Below, in pieces: positions 26,531 through 35,453 of a stretch of 64,000 bases of DNA. The position numbers and the translations under genes were made by a program. Below the pieces are notes generated by a model. That model was not told the DNA's origin. It saw only the letters and a list, made by a program, of their open reading frames with translations, and ran no database searches. This stretch comes from Clostridia bacterium (GTDB lineage: Bacteria > Bacillota > Clostridia > Christensenellales > Aristaeellaceae): assembly GCA_017470095.1 (NCBI GenBank), contig JAFUFC010000179.1:3333-67332 (forward strand). The letters run 5' to 3'. How positions within the stretch are numbered: position 1 is the stretch's first letter; each line of letters starts with the position of its first letter.

Positions 26531-28225
26531 TTACTTGCGCAGGTAGCTGGTGATAATGTAGCCGATCATGCCGTTGTAGCTCACCTTGGTATAGGTGGTG
26601 CCCCACTCCAGCACGGTCACCGTGGTGCCGCTGGGGATATGGGCGATAACGTTGCTGTAATCCACGCTGCCCTTGCTGGAACGCAGGTTCACCCAAGAGC
26701 CGCTCTTTTGATAGGTTTTGGCCGTGCCGATCGGCTGCGCGGGCGCGGCGGTATGGGTCGGCTGAACCACCACAGAGGGAGCCGTGGAGCCAGAGAGGAA
26801 CTGGAGCATCATATACCCCAGGCGACCATTCACATTCACCAGCGCCCAACCGTTGCCCACGGGCATGGCCTGCACCAGCGTGCCATTGGCATACAGCCCC
26901 AGAGAACGGGAAGCCTTGCTGGCGTTTTCCCGCAGGTGCAATTTTCCGCTGTTGCCGGTGCGCACCACCATGGTAGTGTAATTACCAGAGGGTGCGGGCG
27001 GCGGCGTGACAGGATTCTGGGGCGCGCCGTTGGCCAACGTCAGGAACTTGCGCATCATATAGCCATACCGGCCATATACATTCACCAGCACCCAGCCATT
27101 CCCCAGGTCAACACCCATCAAATAGGTCCCATTGGGATACAGACCCATCGACAACGCGCCCACCGACGGGGTTTCCCGCAGGTGCAGCCGGCCGGTATTG
27201 CCGGTCTGAATCACATATCCCTTGGCGCCGCTCATGCTGGGCACGGGCGTGTTGACCGGCGGCGCGGTGGGCAGATCCGCCGTGGAGCCAGACAGGAACT
27301 GCAAAGCCATGAAGCCTGATTTTCCATCCACCACCACCTGGGCCCAGCCGTTGGAGGTGCTGTACACCGTCACCACCGTACCGTTAGGATACAAGCCCAG
27401 AGAAGGCGAAGCGGTGGTAGCCCGCTCCCGCAGATGCAATTTGCCGGTATTACCGGTTTTGATCACCATCTTCACGCTGACCGGCGCGGGCACCGGCGTG
27501 GCAGTAGGCGCAGGCGAAGGGCTGGCAGAGGGAGAAGCTTCGGGTTTTTCCTCATCTTTCTTTTCGTCGTCTTTTTTCTCGTCGTCTTTCTTTTCGTCGT
27601 CTTTCTTCTCGTCGTCTTTCTTCTCGTCGTCCTTCTTCTCGTCGTCCTTCTTCTCGTCGTCCTTCTTCTCGTCGTCTTTCTTCTCGTCGTCTTTCTTCTC
27701 GTCGTCTTTCTTTTCGTCGTCTTTCTTTTCGTCGTCTTTCTTTTCGTCGTCTTTCTTTTCGTCGTCTTTCTTTTCGTCGTCTTTCTTCTCGTCGTCTTTC
27801 TTTTCGGCTTCGTCGGTCTTCCCCGATTCATCCGTCTTTGTAGCTTCATCCGTCTTTGTAGCTTCTTCCGTTTTGTCGGATTCTTCCGTCTTAGTTTTTT
27901 CCTCGGCCTTAGCAGGTTCATCGGTCTTCGCCGATTCATCCGTCTTGCCGGATTCTTCCGTTTTCGCCTTCTCCTCAGTTTTAACAGGTTCGTCGGTCTT
28001 GCCTGTTTCCTCCGTCTTGCCGGATTCTTCCGTCTTGACCTTCTCCTCGGTCTTGGCAGATTCCTGTGGTGCGGCATCCGATGAGGTGGTCTGTACTGAC
28101 TGTTCAGCAGCCGTCGGCGCATCCGCGGCAATATCCCCTTCTTCGGCCCAAACGGAAACGCTGGCAAATAACATATTCAGCGCCAGCGCCCCAGCCAGAA
28201 GGGATCGTTTTGTAATCTTCTTCAT
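26531..28225 (-). CDS. Secreted repeat protein: signal peptide, ~170-aa Lys/Asp/Glu repeat region, Pro-rich linkers, four SH3b domains
   Basis: The signal peptide is MKKITKRSLLAGALALNMLFASVSVWA. There are about 14 xKT[DE]Ex hexapeptides, then (EKKDD)x16 plus EKKDE. Four SH3b-like modules follow (e.g. VIKTGNTGKLHLRERATTASPSLGLYPNGTVVTVYSTSNGWAQVVVDGKSGFM). Confidence 0.8.
   Translation of the reverse strand: MKKITKRSLLAGALALNMLFASVSVWAEEGDIAADAPTAAEQSVQTTSSDAAPQESAKTEEKVKTEESGKTEETGKTDEPVKTEEKAKTEESGKTDESAKTDEPAKAEEKTKTEESDKTEEATKTDEATKTDESGKTDEAEKKDDEKKDDEKKDDEKKDDEKKDDEKKDDEKKDDEKKDDEKKDDEKKDDEKKDDEKKDDEKKDDEKKDDEKKDDEKKDDEKKDEEKPEASPSASPSPAPTATPVPAPVSVKMVIKTGNTGKLHLRERATTASPSLGLYPNGTVVTVYSTSNGWAQVVVDGKSGFMALQFLSGSTADLPTAPPVNTPVPSMSGAKGYVIQTGNTGRLHLRETPSVGALSMGLYPNGTYLMGVDLGNGWVLVNVYGRYGYMMRKFLTLANGAPQNPVTPPPAPSGNYTTMVVRTGNSGKLHLRENASKASRSLGLYANGTLVQAMPVGNGWALVNVNGRLGYMMLQFLSGSTAPSVVVQPTHTAAPAQPIGTAKTYQKSGSWVNLRSSKGSVDYSNVIAHIPSGTTVTVLEWGTTYTKVSYNGMIGYIITSYLRK
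27551..27805 (-). repeat. 17 tandem copies of a 15-nt coding repeat (EKKDD)
   Basis: Plus-strand unit gtcgtctttcttytc. Sixteen near-identical units span 27566-27805, plus one degenerate unit at 27551-27565. The variants differ only at synonymous positions and occur in blocks. Confidence 0.95.
27806..28057 (-). repeat. About 14 degenerate 18-nt coding repeats (xKT[DE]Ex hexapeptides)
   Basis: Protein residues 57-140 read AKTEEK VKTEES GKTEET GKTDEP VKTEEK AKTEES GKTDES AKTDEP ... Confidence 0.85.
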
Positions 28226-28382
28226 GGTTGTTCTCCTTTCTTTCTGCCCCTCGCAGATTTAAGCACTCATATTATACGCCGTTTTACTTCCAAGAACAAC
28301 CCTTTTATCTATGGTTTTACAGTTATTACATTTTCATCAATTCTGCTTTTTGAATGAAACATTTTGGCCCTGAGAATCGTCT

Positions 28383-28422
28383 ATAAAAGAAGGTCCCTTC
28401 CAATCATTGGAAAGGGCCTTTT
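28383..28422 (-). terminator. galM terminator
   Basis: Stem aaggtcccttcc/ggaaagggcctt, followed on the minus strand by CTTTTAT. Confidence 0.65.
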
Positions 28423-28444
28423 GTATGTTAAGTCGAACCGCCAA

Positions 28445-29491
28445 TTATTTGGCCGAAAAAACGTAAACGGTGGCGCTCTGGAACGTATCCCCAGCTTTGA
28501 GCACCGTAGTGGGGAACGCAGGGTGGTTGGGGCTATCCGGGAAATGCTGGGTTTCCAGGGCTACGCCGGAATAGGGAACGTACTGCGCGCCGCCCTTGCC
28601 ACTCACGTGCAGGCCCTGGCCAGTATACACTTGGATGCCCGGCTCTGTGGTATATGTGGTCATCACACGGCCGCTTTCCGGATCGGTAAGCACAGCGGCT
28701 TCCTTCACGCCCTCGCCATTCAGCACAAAATTGCAGTCAAAGCCGTTGGCGCCTTCCAGCAGCCGGTGTTCGCCCTTCCGGGCGATCCTCTCGCCGATCA
28801 CCGCGCCCTGGCGCAGATCCAGAGGCGTGCCGGCCACATCCAGCATGTCGCCCGTGGGGATCAATTCGCTGTCCACATCGGTGACGGCGTCGGCGTTCAC
28901 TTGGAGGGTGTGGTTCAGCATGGTGCCCTGCCCTGCCAAGTTAAAATAGGCGTGATTGGTCAGGTTCACCACCGTATCCTTATCGGACTGAGCCATGTAG
29001 CGGATGGACAGGCGGCAATCATTGTCGAAAGCGTAGGTGACCTGCACGTGCATTTTGCCCGGGAATCCTTCTTCCATATCGTGGGCCACATAGGTGAAGA
29101 TCACGGCGTCCTCTTTCTCTGCTTCCAGCGTCTGGCCCCGCCACCATTTCTTATCAAAGCCTTCCCGCCCGCCATGAAGGGTGTTTCGCCCATTGTTGGC
29201 AAAGAGGGAATACTGAACCCCGTTCAGGGAAAAACAGGCCTGGCCGATGCGGTTGGCATAGCGGCCCACGGTGGCGCCCAAACTGCCGGACTTTTGATCA
29301 TATTCCTCAAAGGAGTCAAAGCCCAGGCACACGTCGGCCATCCTCCCGTTTTTGTCCGGCACGCAAATGGACACCAGATGGGCCCCGAAATCCAGCACCG
29401 ACACGGACGCGCCAATTTTGTTGGTCATGGTATACAGCGTCATCTGACGGCCAATCAGGTCGACTCCATAGGGTCGCTGGGTAATGCTCAT
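28445..29491 (-). CDS. galM: Aldose 1-epimerase (galactose mutarotase)
   Basis: GATVGRYANRI, NNGRNTLHGG, NLTNHAYFNL and ETQHFPDSPN are typical mutarotase motifs. AGGAGG lies 8 nt upstream of ATG 29491. Confidence 0.85.
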   Translation of the reverse strand: MSITQRPYGVDLIGRQMTLYTMTNKIGASVSVLDFGAHLVSICVPDKNGRMADVCLGFDSFEEYDQKSGSLGATVGRYANRIGQACFSLNGVQYSLFANNGRNTLHGGREGFDKKWWRGQTLEAEKEDAVIFTYVAHDMEEGFPGKMHVQVTYAFDNDCRLSIRYMAQSDKDTVVNLTNHAYFNLAGQGTMLNHTLQVNADAVTDVDSELIPTGDMLDVAGTPLDLRQGAVIGERIARKGEHRLLEGANGFDCNFVLNGEGVKEAAVLTDPESGRVMTTYTTEPGIQVYTGQGLHVSGKGGAQYVPYSGVALETQHFPDSPNHPAFPTTVLKAGDTFQSATVYVFSAK

Positions 29492-29611
29492 AAACAAATC
29501 CTCCTGCATTCAAGCAAAATAATGTATTTATTATATGATATTTTTTGTTCGTTGAAAAGCATAAATTATGAAAAAAACGGGCACATTTCCTCTATACGGG
29601 AGGGATGAGGA

Positions 29612-30574
29612 ATGAATGTGCTCATGGAAAAACGAAAAAAACCGGAAACAGCCCTGTTCTGCGCCTGCTGTCTGCTGATGACGGCAGGGCTGATCGTGCT
29701 GTCGCTATCCAGCCACGCTCCGGCGGCCAGCCCAGTAATCGCTCAGGCAGACGGGTATACCATCGAAAGGAGCGCGCCGGCCCTGACGGGGCCCGGCATC
29801 ACCATCTCCCGACGCACCCTGCTCCAGGGCACGCTGATGCTGGTCAGCGGCGCGCATCCGCTGCCAAAGGATTTTCCCCCGCCGGACACCCGCTCTGTCC
29901 GCGCCCTGGTTGGCAGTTATCTGCCCGCGTCGGAGGAAACATTGCTGTGCCAGGAAGCGGTGTACGCTCTGTGCCGCCTGCAAACGGACCACAGCCTCCA
30001 CGGCCTGGCCACGTTGGAAAACGGAGCGGTATCCGCCGCCCAGCAGGAGCAATTGCGCCAGGAGGCCTTTGAGCGCTACCGGAAGGTGTATCCGCTGTCG
30101 GAGGCCGTCGAAAAGGCCCATGCCGCGGTGCCTGGCGGCGGCGAAAGCGAGCACCAATTGGGATACGCCGTCGATATATCCCTCACGGGCCCTTTGGCTT
30201 TGGGCAGCTCCGATCCCCTGCTGCGCACGGAAACGGGCAAGTGGCTTTCGGACAATCTGTGGCGCTACGGCTTCATCCGCCGGTATAACGGAAGCAGCGG
30301 CGAGGAAGGAGCCTGTGAGCACATTCATCTGCGCTTCGTAGGCACTTTCCACGCCGCCGCCATGCACGCGCTGCATATGACGCTGGAAGAATACCTGGCC
30401 CTGCTGCGCGCCGAAGGCAGCCTGACCCTGGCAAAAGACGGCCAGCCTGTCGCCTATTTTTATTGTGCTCCCTGCCAAGGCAGCTGGACGCTGCCGCTCC
30501 CAGCCAACGCCGCCGTCACATGCAGCGCCGACAACACCGGCTGGGCCATCGCGGCAGTGGAAATCAGAAAATAG
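29612..30574 (+). CDS. Membrane-anchored VanY/M15B-family D-alanyl-D-alanine carboxypeptidase
   Basis: An N-terminal TM segment is followed by SEHQLGYAVDI (SxHxxGxAxD) and EHIHLRFVG (ExxH), the M15 zinc-peptidase motifs. Confidence 0.8.
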   Translation: MNVLMEKRKKPETALFCACCLLMTAGLIVLSLSSHAPAASPVIAQADGYTIERSAPALTGPGITISRRTLLQGTLMLVSGAHPLPKDFPPPDTRSVRALVGSYLPASEETLLCQEAVYALCRLQTDHSLHGLATLENGAVSAAQQEQLRQEAFERYRKVYPLSEAVEKAHAAVPGGGESEHQLGYAVDISLTGPLALGSSDPLLRTETGKWLSDNLWRYGFIRRYNGSSGEEGACEHIHLRFVGTFHAAAMHALHMTLEEYLALLRAEGSLTLAKDGQPVAYFYCAPCQGSWTLPLPANAAVTCSADNTGWAIAAVEIRK

Positions 30575-30750
30575 AGTCTGCTTCCAAAATAAGAAATGGC
30601 AGTTTCGACTGTCTAAAGGTTGCGGTTCAAGGCGCCTTGGCGTCGGTTTCCTTGGGCCGAAGGATCAATCGAGAAAAAACAGCGTAGAAATACATCCCGA
30701 AATGCCGAAAACGCATCTTTGCGAATGTAGAAACAGGCTCTAATATAACG

Positions 30751-30805
30751 AGCAGGGGAACCCACTCTTTACAGGTCATAAAGTGTGTTCCCCTGCTTTC
30801 TTTCG
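30751..30805 (+). terminator. Hairpin terminator after the VanY-like gene
   Basis: The arms agcaggggaac (30751-30761) and gttcccctgct (30787-30797) pair, followed by TTCTTTC. Confidence 0.6.
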
Positions 30806-30893
30806 ATAAAACCGTTTTTTACAGGTATTTCTCCTGCGCAGGTATTTCCCCTGCGTTAATGAAGGGCAATATAACAATATAATATGATGATGC

Positions 30894-31472
30894 TTACGGG
30901 TTTTCCGCTTCCTTCTTTCCAGCTTCCCTGTACAGCCGAATAGCGCTGCGCCCGTAAGCGAGCAGGGCGCACAGTGTGAGCCCTACAGCACACCAGATCA
31001 CGATGGTGTGCAGCGGGAAGCCCAGATGCTCCAGAATCCACTCATGGAAAAAGCACAAAATTAAGCCGGTGACCACCAGCGTCTGGGCCGCTTTGCCAAT
31101 CACCCGGGCATAAACCACCACGCCTTTTTCCAGCAGCACCGCGCCGCCCAGCACCATCAGTGCTTCCTTGCAAAGCAGGATGATCAGCGCCGTCTTGGGC
31201 GCCAGGCCCCGGATGGCCAAAGACAACATTACGCTCAGCACCATCAGCTTGTCGGCCAGCGGATCCATCAGCTTGCCAAAGTCGGTAATCAGATCATATT
31301 TCCTGGCGATGTAGCCATCTGCCAAATCGGTCAGGCTGGCCGCCAAAAACACGGCCAGGGCCTTATAGGTATATCCATGCACGAACAGTGCCCAGTATAC
31401 CGGAATCAGCAGCATCCGGATCATCGTGAGCACATTGGGCACGTTCCATAAATTTTGTTTCTTTTGCGTCAT
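30894..31472 (-). CDS. pgsA: CDP-diacylglycerol--glycerol-3-phosphate 3-phosphatidyltransferase
   Basis: NVPNVLTMIRMLLIP and the CDP-alcohol phosphotransferase motif DLADGYIARKYDLITDFGKLMDPLADK. Confidence 0.85.
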   Translation of the reverse strand: MTQKKQNLWNVPNVLTMIRMLLIPVYWALFVHGYTYKALAVFLAASLTDLADGYIARKYDLITDFGKLMDPLADKLMVLSVMLSLAIRGLAPKTALIILLCKEALMVLGGAVLLEKGVVVYARVIGKAAQTLVVTGLILCFFHEWILEHLGFPLHTIVIWCAVGLTLCALLAYGRSAIRLYREAGKKEAENP

Positions 31473-31659
31473 TCTTCCAATCCCCCATCCCACAGTTCAA
31501 AATAATTATATCATTCCCGGCGTCATTTTTCAATGTACAGCTTGCCTGTTATCCGTTTATTTTCCGTCATGGGAGAAAAATTCCCCGAATTTGATTTACA
31601 CTTCGCCGTTTCTTTGGTAAAATAAGAAAGAACGACCAAAGCAAGGAAGGGATACCGTC

Positions 31660-32343
31660 ATGCACATCCAACCCGATCAGGAAACACTGCGTTTGACCCG
31701 CGCCCGGATGCAGGGGTGCCTGTATTCCACCATTGTGAGCGCCGGATTGATGGCCGGGCTGGATACCGTGAGGGACTGCATGAAGGATGAGGACATCCGT
31801 CCCTTCCTGGGCCACGCGCTGCTGCACGAAATTATGCCCAACCTGGGCCTGAACCGGGACAGCCTGGACCCCATGGCCATGGCCGTGTGCGCAGACATGG
31901 AAAATTCTCCCGTGGCGCAGCCCTTGGCGCTGCTGCTGAACAATGCCGTCCGGGCCTGGAAGGAGCAGGCGCTGCCAATCCTGTTCAAGTACCAGGAGCG
32001 AGAGGAGGCAGTGCCGCCCTGTCTGTGCGTGGGCTTATCCTGCCTGATCATGCTGTTCTCCGGGGCCAAAAGAGAAGAAGACGGACGCTACACCTACATC
32101 CGCAAGGAAAAAAGCTGCATTCTGAGTGAGGAAGAGGAGATTCTTGCCTCCTTCGCCCGGCTGTCCTGCGATATGCCGCCGGAAATGCTCAGCTACGCCG
32201 TCCTGTCCGACCGGGCCATGTGGGAGGAAGATCTGCGGGAAATTCCCGGGTTAGAAGACAAAATTGCCGATCAATTGCGGGACCTGCAGCTGATCGGATT
32301 GCGCGCCGCCCTGGCCAAAGCCTGGAAAGATGAAGCAGAGTAA
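31660..32343 (+). CDS. Hypothetical protein resembling only the C-terminal helical domain of mannitol/tagaturonate dehydrogenases
   Basis: LLLNNAVRAWKEQALPILFKY...CLCVGLSCLIMLFSG resembles the UxaB/mannitol-dehydrogenase C-terminal domain. No Rossmann domain is present upstream. Confidence 0.5.
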   Translation: MHIQPDQETLRLTRARMQGCLYSTIVSAGLMAGLDTVRDCMKDEDIRPFLGHALLHEIMPNLGLNRDSLDPMAMAVCADMENSPVAQPLALLLNNAVRAWKEQALPILFKYQEREEAVPPCLCVGLSCLIMLFSGAKREEDGRYTYIRKEKSCILSEEEEILASFARLSCDMPPEMLSYAVLSDRAMWEEDLREIPGLEDKIADQLRDLQLIGLRAALAKAWKDEAE

Positions 32344-32357
32344 GGAAGAAAAGAAAC

Positions 32358-32873
32358 ATGCACGTCGTTTTATATGCGCCGGAAATTCCACAAAATACCG
32401 GCAACATCGCCCGTACCTGCGCCGCCACAAGAACGGGCCTGATCCTGATCGAGCCCCTGGGCTTTCAATTGGCGGATAAATACATGAAGCGGGCCGGCCT
32501 TGATTATTTTTCCATGGTAGATATCCAGGTGCTGCCGTCTTTTGAAGCGCTGATGGAAAAATATCCCCATGCCCAATACCACTTTGCCAGCACCAAGGCT
32601 CCCCGGAGCTACACGGAAGCCACCTACGGTGAAGATGATTTTCTGGTCTTTGGCTGCGAAACCAGGGGCCTGCCCGAATCGCTGCTGCAAAGGGTGTACG
32701 ACCGGTGCGTGCGTATCCCCATGCGGCCCGACGCCCGCAGCCTGAACCTGGCGAATTCCGTGGCCATCATCGTGTATGAAGCGCTGCGGCAGCAGAGCTT
32801 CCCCCATCTGTCCGCCGCCGGTGAATTGACCGGAAGGAACGATGAAGCAGCTCCATGGATGGATTATGTTTAA
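32358..32873 (+). CDS. trmL: tRNA (cytidine(34)-2'-O)-methyltransferase (SpoU/TrmL family)
   Basis: MHVVLYAPEIPQNTGNIARTCAAT ... SLNLANSVAIIVYEALRQ. Confidence 0.85.
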   Translation: MHVVLYAPEIPQNTGNIARTCAATRTGLILIEPLGFQLADKYMKRAGLDYFSMVDIQVLPSFEALMEKYPHAQYHFASTKAPRSYTEATYGEDDFLVFGCETRGLPESLLQRVYDRCVRIPMRPDARSLNLANSVAIIVYEALRQQSFPHLSAAGELTGRNDEAAPWMDYV

Positions 32874-32885
32874 TGAGGTGATCGC

Positions 32886-33107
32886 ATGACGCAGCCCAAC
32901 TGGCAGGAATATGAACAGCACAAGGAGTGGGAGCGCCAGGAAAAGCAGGATCATTTTCGAGTAGCCGCCGGGATGATGGAATTCCTGGGCGTGGTAGTGG
33001 GCATCGTGGCCATTTTGGTGCTGCTGGCGCTCTTGTTTAGTTTACTCAACTGGCTGGGGCAGGATTTTGCCGGCACTTTTTCGATCCTGCGCACCCGTTT
33101 CCAATAA
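32886..33107 (+). CDS. Small hypothetical membrane protein (73 aa)
   Basis: GAGG RBS. The N-terminus is charged and there is one clear TM segment, FLGVVVGIVAILVLLALLFSLL. No family recognised. Confidence 0.5.
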   Translation: MTQPNWQEYEQHKEWERQEKQDHFRVAAGMMEFLGVVVGIVAILVLLALLFSLLNWLGQDFAGTFSILRTRFQ

Positions 33108-33305
33108 TCCGGCCGCAAAAGGATATACTAATGTTATTCGACATTGAAAATGTTGAAAGATTCGGGATGGATTTTTCGTTCCGGCAAAGCTGCATGAAAG
33201 GAAACGTGGCAGCGCTGCGTCGACCGGAATAAAGGACAGCCGACGCGGAAAAGACGCCCGAAACTTCAATGGTTTCAATGGAGAATCGTATGAGGAGGCG
33301 CTCAT

Positions 33306-33872
33306 ATGGAGGTTTCCTGGGATTCGCTGCACGCGGACATTGAAGCATGCGAAAAGTGTGGCCTATGCCGCCAAATCCATCATAAAGTGCCGGGCCAGGG
33401 CAACGGCAGCGCCGAGCTCATGTTCATCGGTGAAGGCCCGGGCGCGGATGAAGACCTGCAAGGATTGGCCTTCGTCGGCGCGGCAGGCCAATTGCTCACC
33501 AAAATGATCGCCGCCATCGGCTATACCCGGGAACAGGTGTACATCTGCAACGTGGTCAAGTGCCGCCCACCTCGTAACCGCACGCCGGAGCCAGAGGAAG
33601 CCGACGCCTGCCTGCCATTTTTGCGGGCCCAGTTTTCCCTGGTGCGGCCCAAAGTGATCGTGCTGCTGGGGGCCACCGCCGCCCGGGCCATTTTGGGCGA
33701 TCAGGTGCGCATTACCCGGGATCGGGGCATTTGGGTGGAAAAAAAGGGCGTTTGGTTCATGCCCACCTACCACCCCGCGGCCCTGCTTCGGGATGTGAGC
33801 AAAAAGAAAGATACTTGGCACGATCTGCAATCGGTGCAGGCCAAATTACAGGAATTGCGCGGGGAAGCATGA
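33306..33872 (+). CDS. Uracil-DNA glycosylase, family 4 (Fe-S type)
   Basis: CEKCGLC, GEGPGADED, FVGAAGQLL, NVVKCRPPRNR and YHPAALL, with four Cys available for a 4Fe-4S cluster. Confidence 0.85.
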   Translation: MEVSWDSLHADIEACEKCGLCRQIHHKVPGQGNGSAELMFIGEGPGADEDLQGLAFVGAAGQLLTKMIAAIGYTREQVYICNVVKCRPPRNRTPEPEEADACLPFLRAQFSLVRPKVIVLLGATAARAILGDQVRITRDRGIWVEKKGVWFMPTYHPAALLRDVSKKKDTWHDLQSVQAKLQELRGEA

Positions 33873-33921
33873 ACCCCGCAGGCCTCGTCACTTCATCGTT
33901 TCGTTTCAGGAGGTTTCCCCC

Positions 33922-34515
33922 ATGGCAGCTTTGCAATCGGTATATCAGGATATGCAGGCTTTTTTCAAGCCCCTTTGGCCTGGAGAGGATAAGCCCCTGG
34001 TGCTGGGCGAGGGAAACAGCGACCAGCCCATCCTGATGCTGATTGGCGAAGCCCCCGGGGAAACGGAGGTCATCAAACGCCGTCCCTTCGTGGGCAAGGC
34101 TGGAAAAAACCTGGATGAGTTTCTCCAATTGGCCGGGTTGAAACGGGAAGAAATCTTCGTTTCCAACGTGGTCAAGATTCGTCCCGTCGAAATGGGCCCC
34201 ACGGGCCGCACCCGGAACAGGGCCCCCAACAAGGAAGAACTATCCCTGTTCATTCCCTGGCTCATGAAAGAGATCGACGCTGTGCAGCCCCGGGCCCTGG
34301 TCACCCTGGGCAACGTGCCCCTGAAAGCGCTGACCGACCATAAAACCACCGTGGGCGACTGCCACGGCCAGTGGCTGCAAAGCCAGGCAGGGGTGCCCCT
34401 GTTTGCGCTGTACCATCCGGCTTCCATCATCTACCGCCGGGCCCTGGCCCCGGTATATGAACAGGATGTGCTGGCCCTGGCGGCATCCCTGCAAAAAGGT
34501 GGCCCGCTTCCGTAA
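33922..34515 (+). CDS. Uracil-DNA glycosylase superfamily paralog lacking the Fe-S cysteines
   Basis: GEAPGETEVIKRRPFVGKAGKNL, NVVKIRPV and LYHPASIIY match family-4-like motifs A and B, but there is only one Cys in the whole protein. Confidence 0.75.
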   Translation: MAALQSVYQDMQAFFKPLWPGEDKPLVLGEGNSDQPILMLIGEAPGETEVIKRRPFVGKAGKNLDEFLQLAGLKREEIFVSNVVKIRPVEMGPTGRTRNRAPNKEELSLFIPWLMKEIDAVQPRALVTLGNVPLKALTDHKTTVGDCHGQWLQSQAGVPLFALYHPASIIYRRALAPVYEQDVLALAASLQKGGPLP

Positions 34516-34538
34516 AATACGAAAGCGGGCTGCTTTGT

Positions 34539-35270
34539 TTATTCCAACTTCAAATTCTTCAAATCAATATTGTAAATCACGTCTTTCCGCTCCACCACCA
34601 CGCGAATTTTGGGTGCCAGCTCCGGGTCGGTTCCGGCCCGAAGGAGCAATTCCCGGGTAGGGTTGATGGCGGTAGGATGGCCTACGGCCTTGAGCATGGT
34701 GAAATCCCCATTGGTATCGCCATAGGCCCAGCACTGGGATAAATCCAAATTGTACCGCTCCACCAGCTCATTCAGCGCCTTGAGCTTCGATACTGAATCC
34801 CACATGGGAATGATTTCCCCGGTGTAGCGGCCCCGGGCGTCCGTTTTGTACAAACTGCCCCGCCAATCGTCGAACCGATATTTGGCCGCCATTTCCCGTA
34901 CCAGCGCATCCGGTGAACCGGAAATGGCAATGATCTTGTGGCCCTCCTTCCGGTGGCGCTCAATCTCCCGCCTGGTGAACTGGTACACCCTGTCGCCCTT
35001 TTGTTCGATCACCTTCCGGGCGATAAAATTGATGTGCTCGGAGGAAATGCCCACCACTGTCTGCTTAAAAATATCGGTCATGCGCATGAGGTATGTATCA
35101 TAATCGCCCATCCGCCTGTCCCAGGCCATGTAGGCGGGCTTCACCTCGTCGTGCCAGCGTTTCTGCTCGATGATCTCGTGGGTCACCATCTTTTTGAACA
35201 CCTCGGTGATCAATCCTTCCCGGTAAATGGTGCCGTCAATATCAAAAAATGCAGCGATGTTTCCAGCCAT
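34539..35270 (-). CDS. HAD-IB family hydrolase/phosphatase
   Basis: The AAFFDIDGTIY (DxDxT) motif. AAAGGAGG lies 7 nt upstream of ATG 35270. Confidence 0.8.
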   Translation of the reverse strand: MAGNIAAFFDIDGTIYREGLITEVFKKMVTHEIIEQKRWHDEVKPAYMAWDRRMGDYDTYLMRMTDIFKQTVVGISSEHINFIARKVIEQKGDRVYQFTRREIERHRKEGHKIIAISGSPDALVREMAAKYRFDDWRGSLYKTDARGRYTGEIIPMWDSVSKLKALNELVERYNLDLSQCWAYGDTNGDFTMLKAVGHPTAINPTRELLLRAGTDPELAPKIRVVVERKDVIYNIDLKNLKLE

Positions 35271-35453
35271 GGCGCATCCTCCTTTCGATAGTTGTCCTAT
35301 TATAGCCGGTTCCGCCGGTTTGGTCAACGGGAAATTTGCCGATGGATCTTGACAATTGGAGCGGAAAAAAGCGGTTTTTGAGCAAAGGTACTTTTACATT
35401 TTTCCGCTTCATGGTATGATAAGCCTGTAAAGAAAAAGGAAAGGAGCTCCTGT

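Noticed and set aside
27222-28262. Three long ORFs across the repeat region (27222..28262 +, 27434..28084 +, 27472..28167 -) that encode SSSFF, LVVFL or RRKTT repeats.
   Set aside because: They are alternative-frame or antisense readings of the 15-nt tandem repeat. Only the minus-strand frame, with a signal peptide and SH3b domains, makes a coherent protein.
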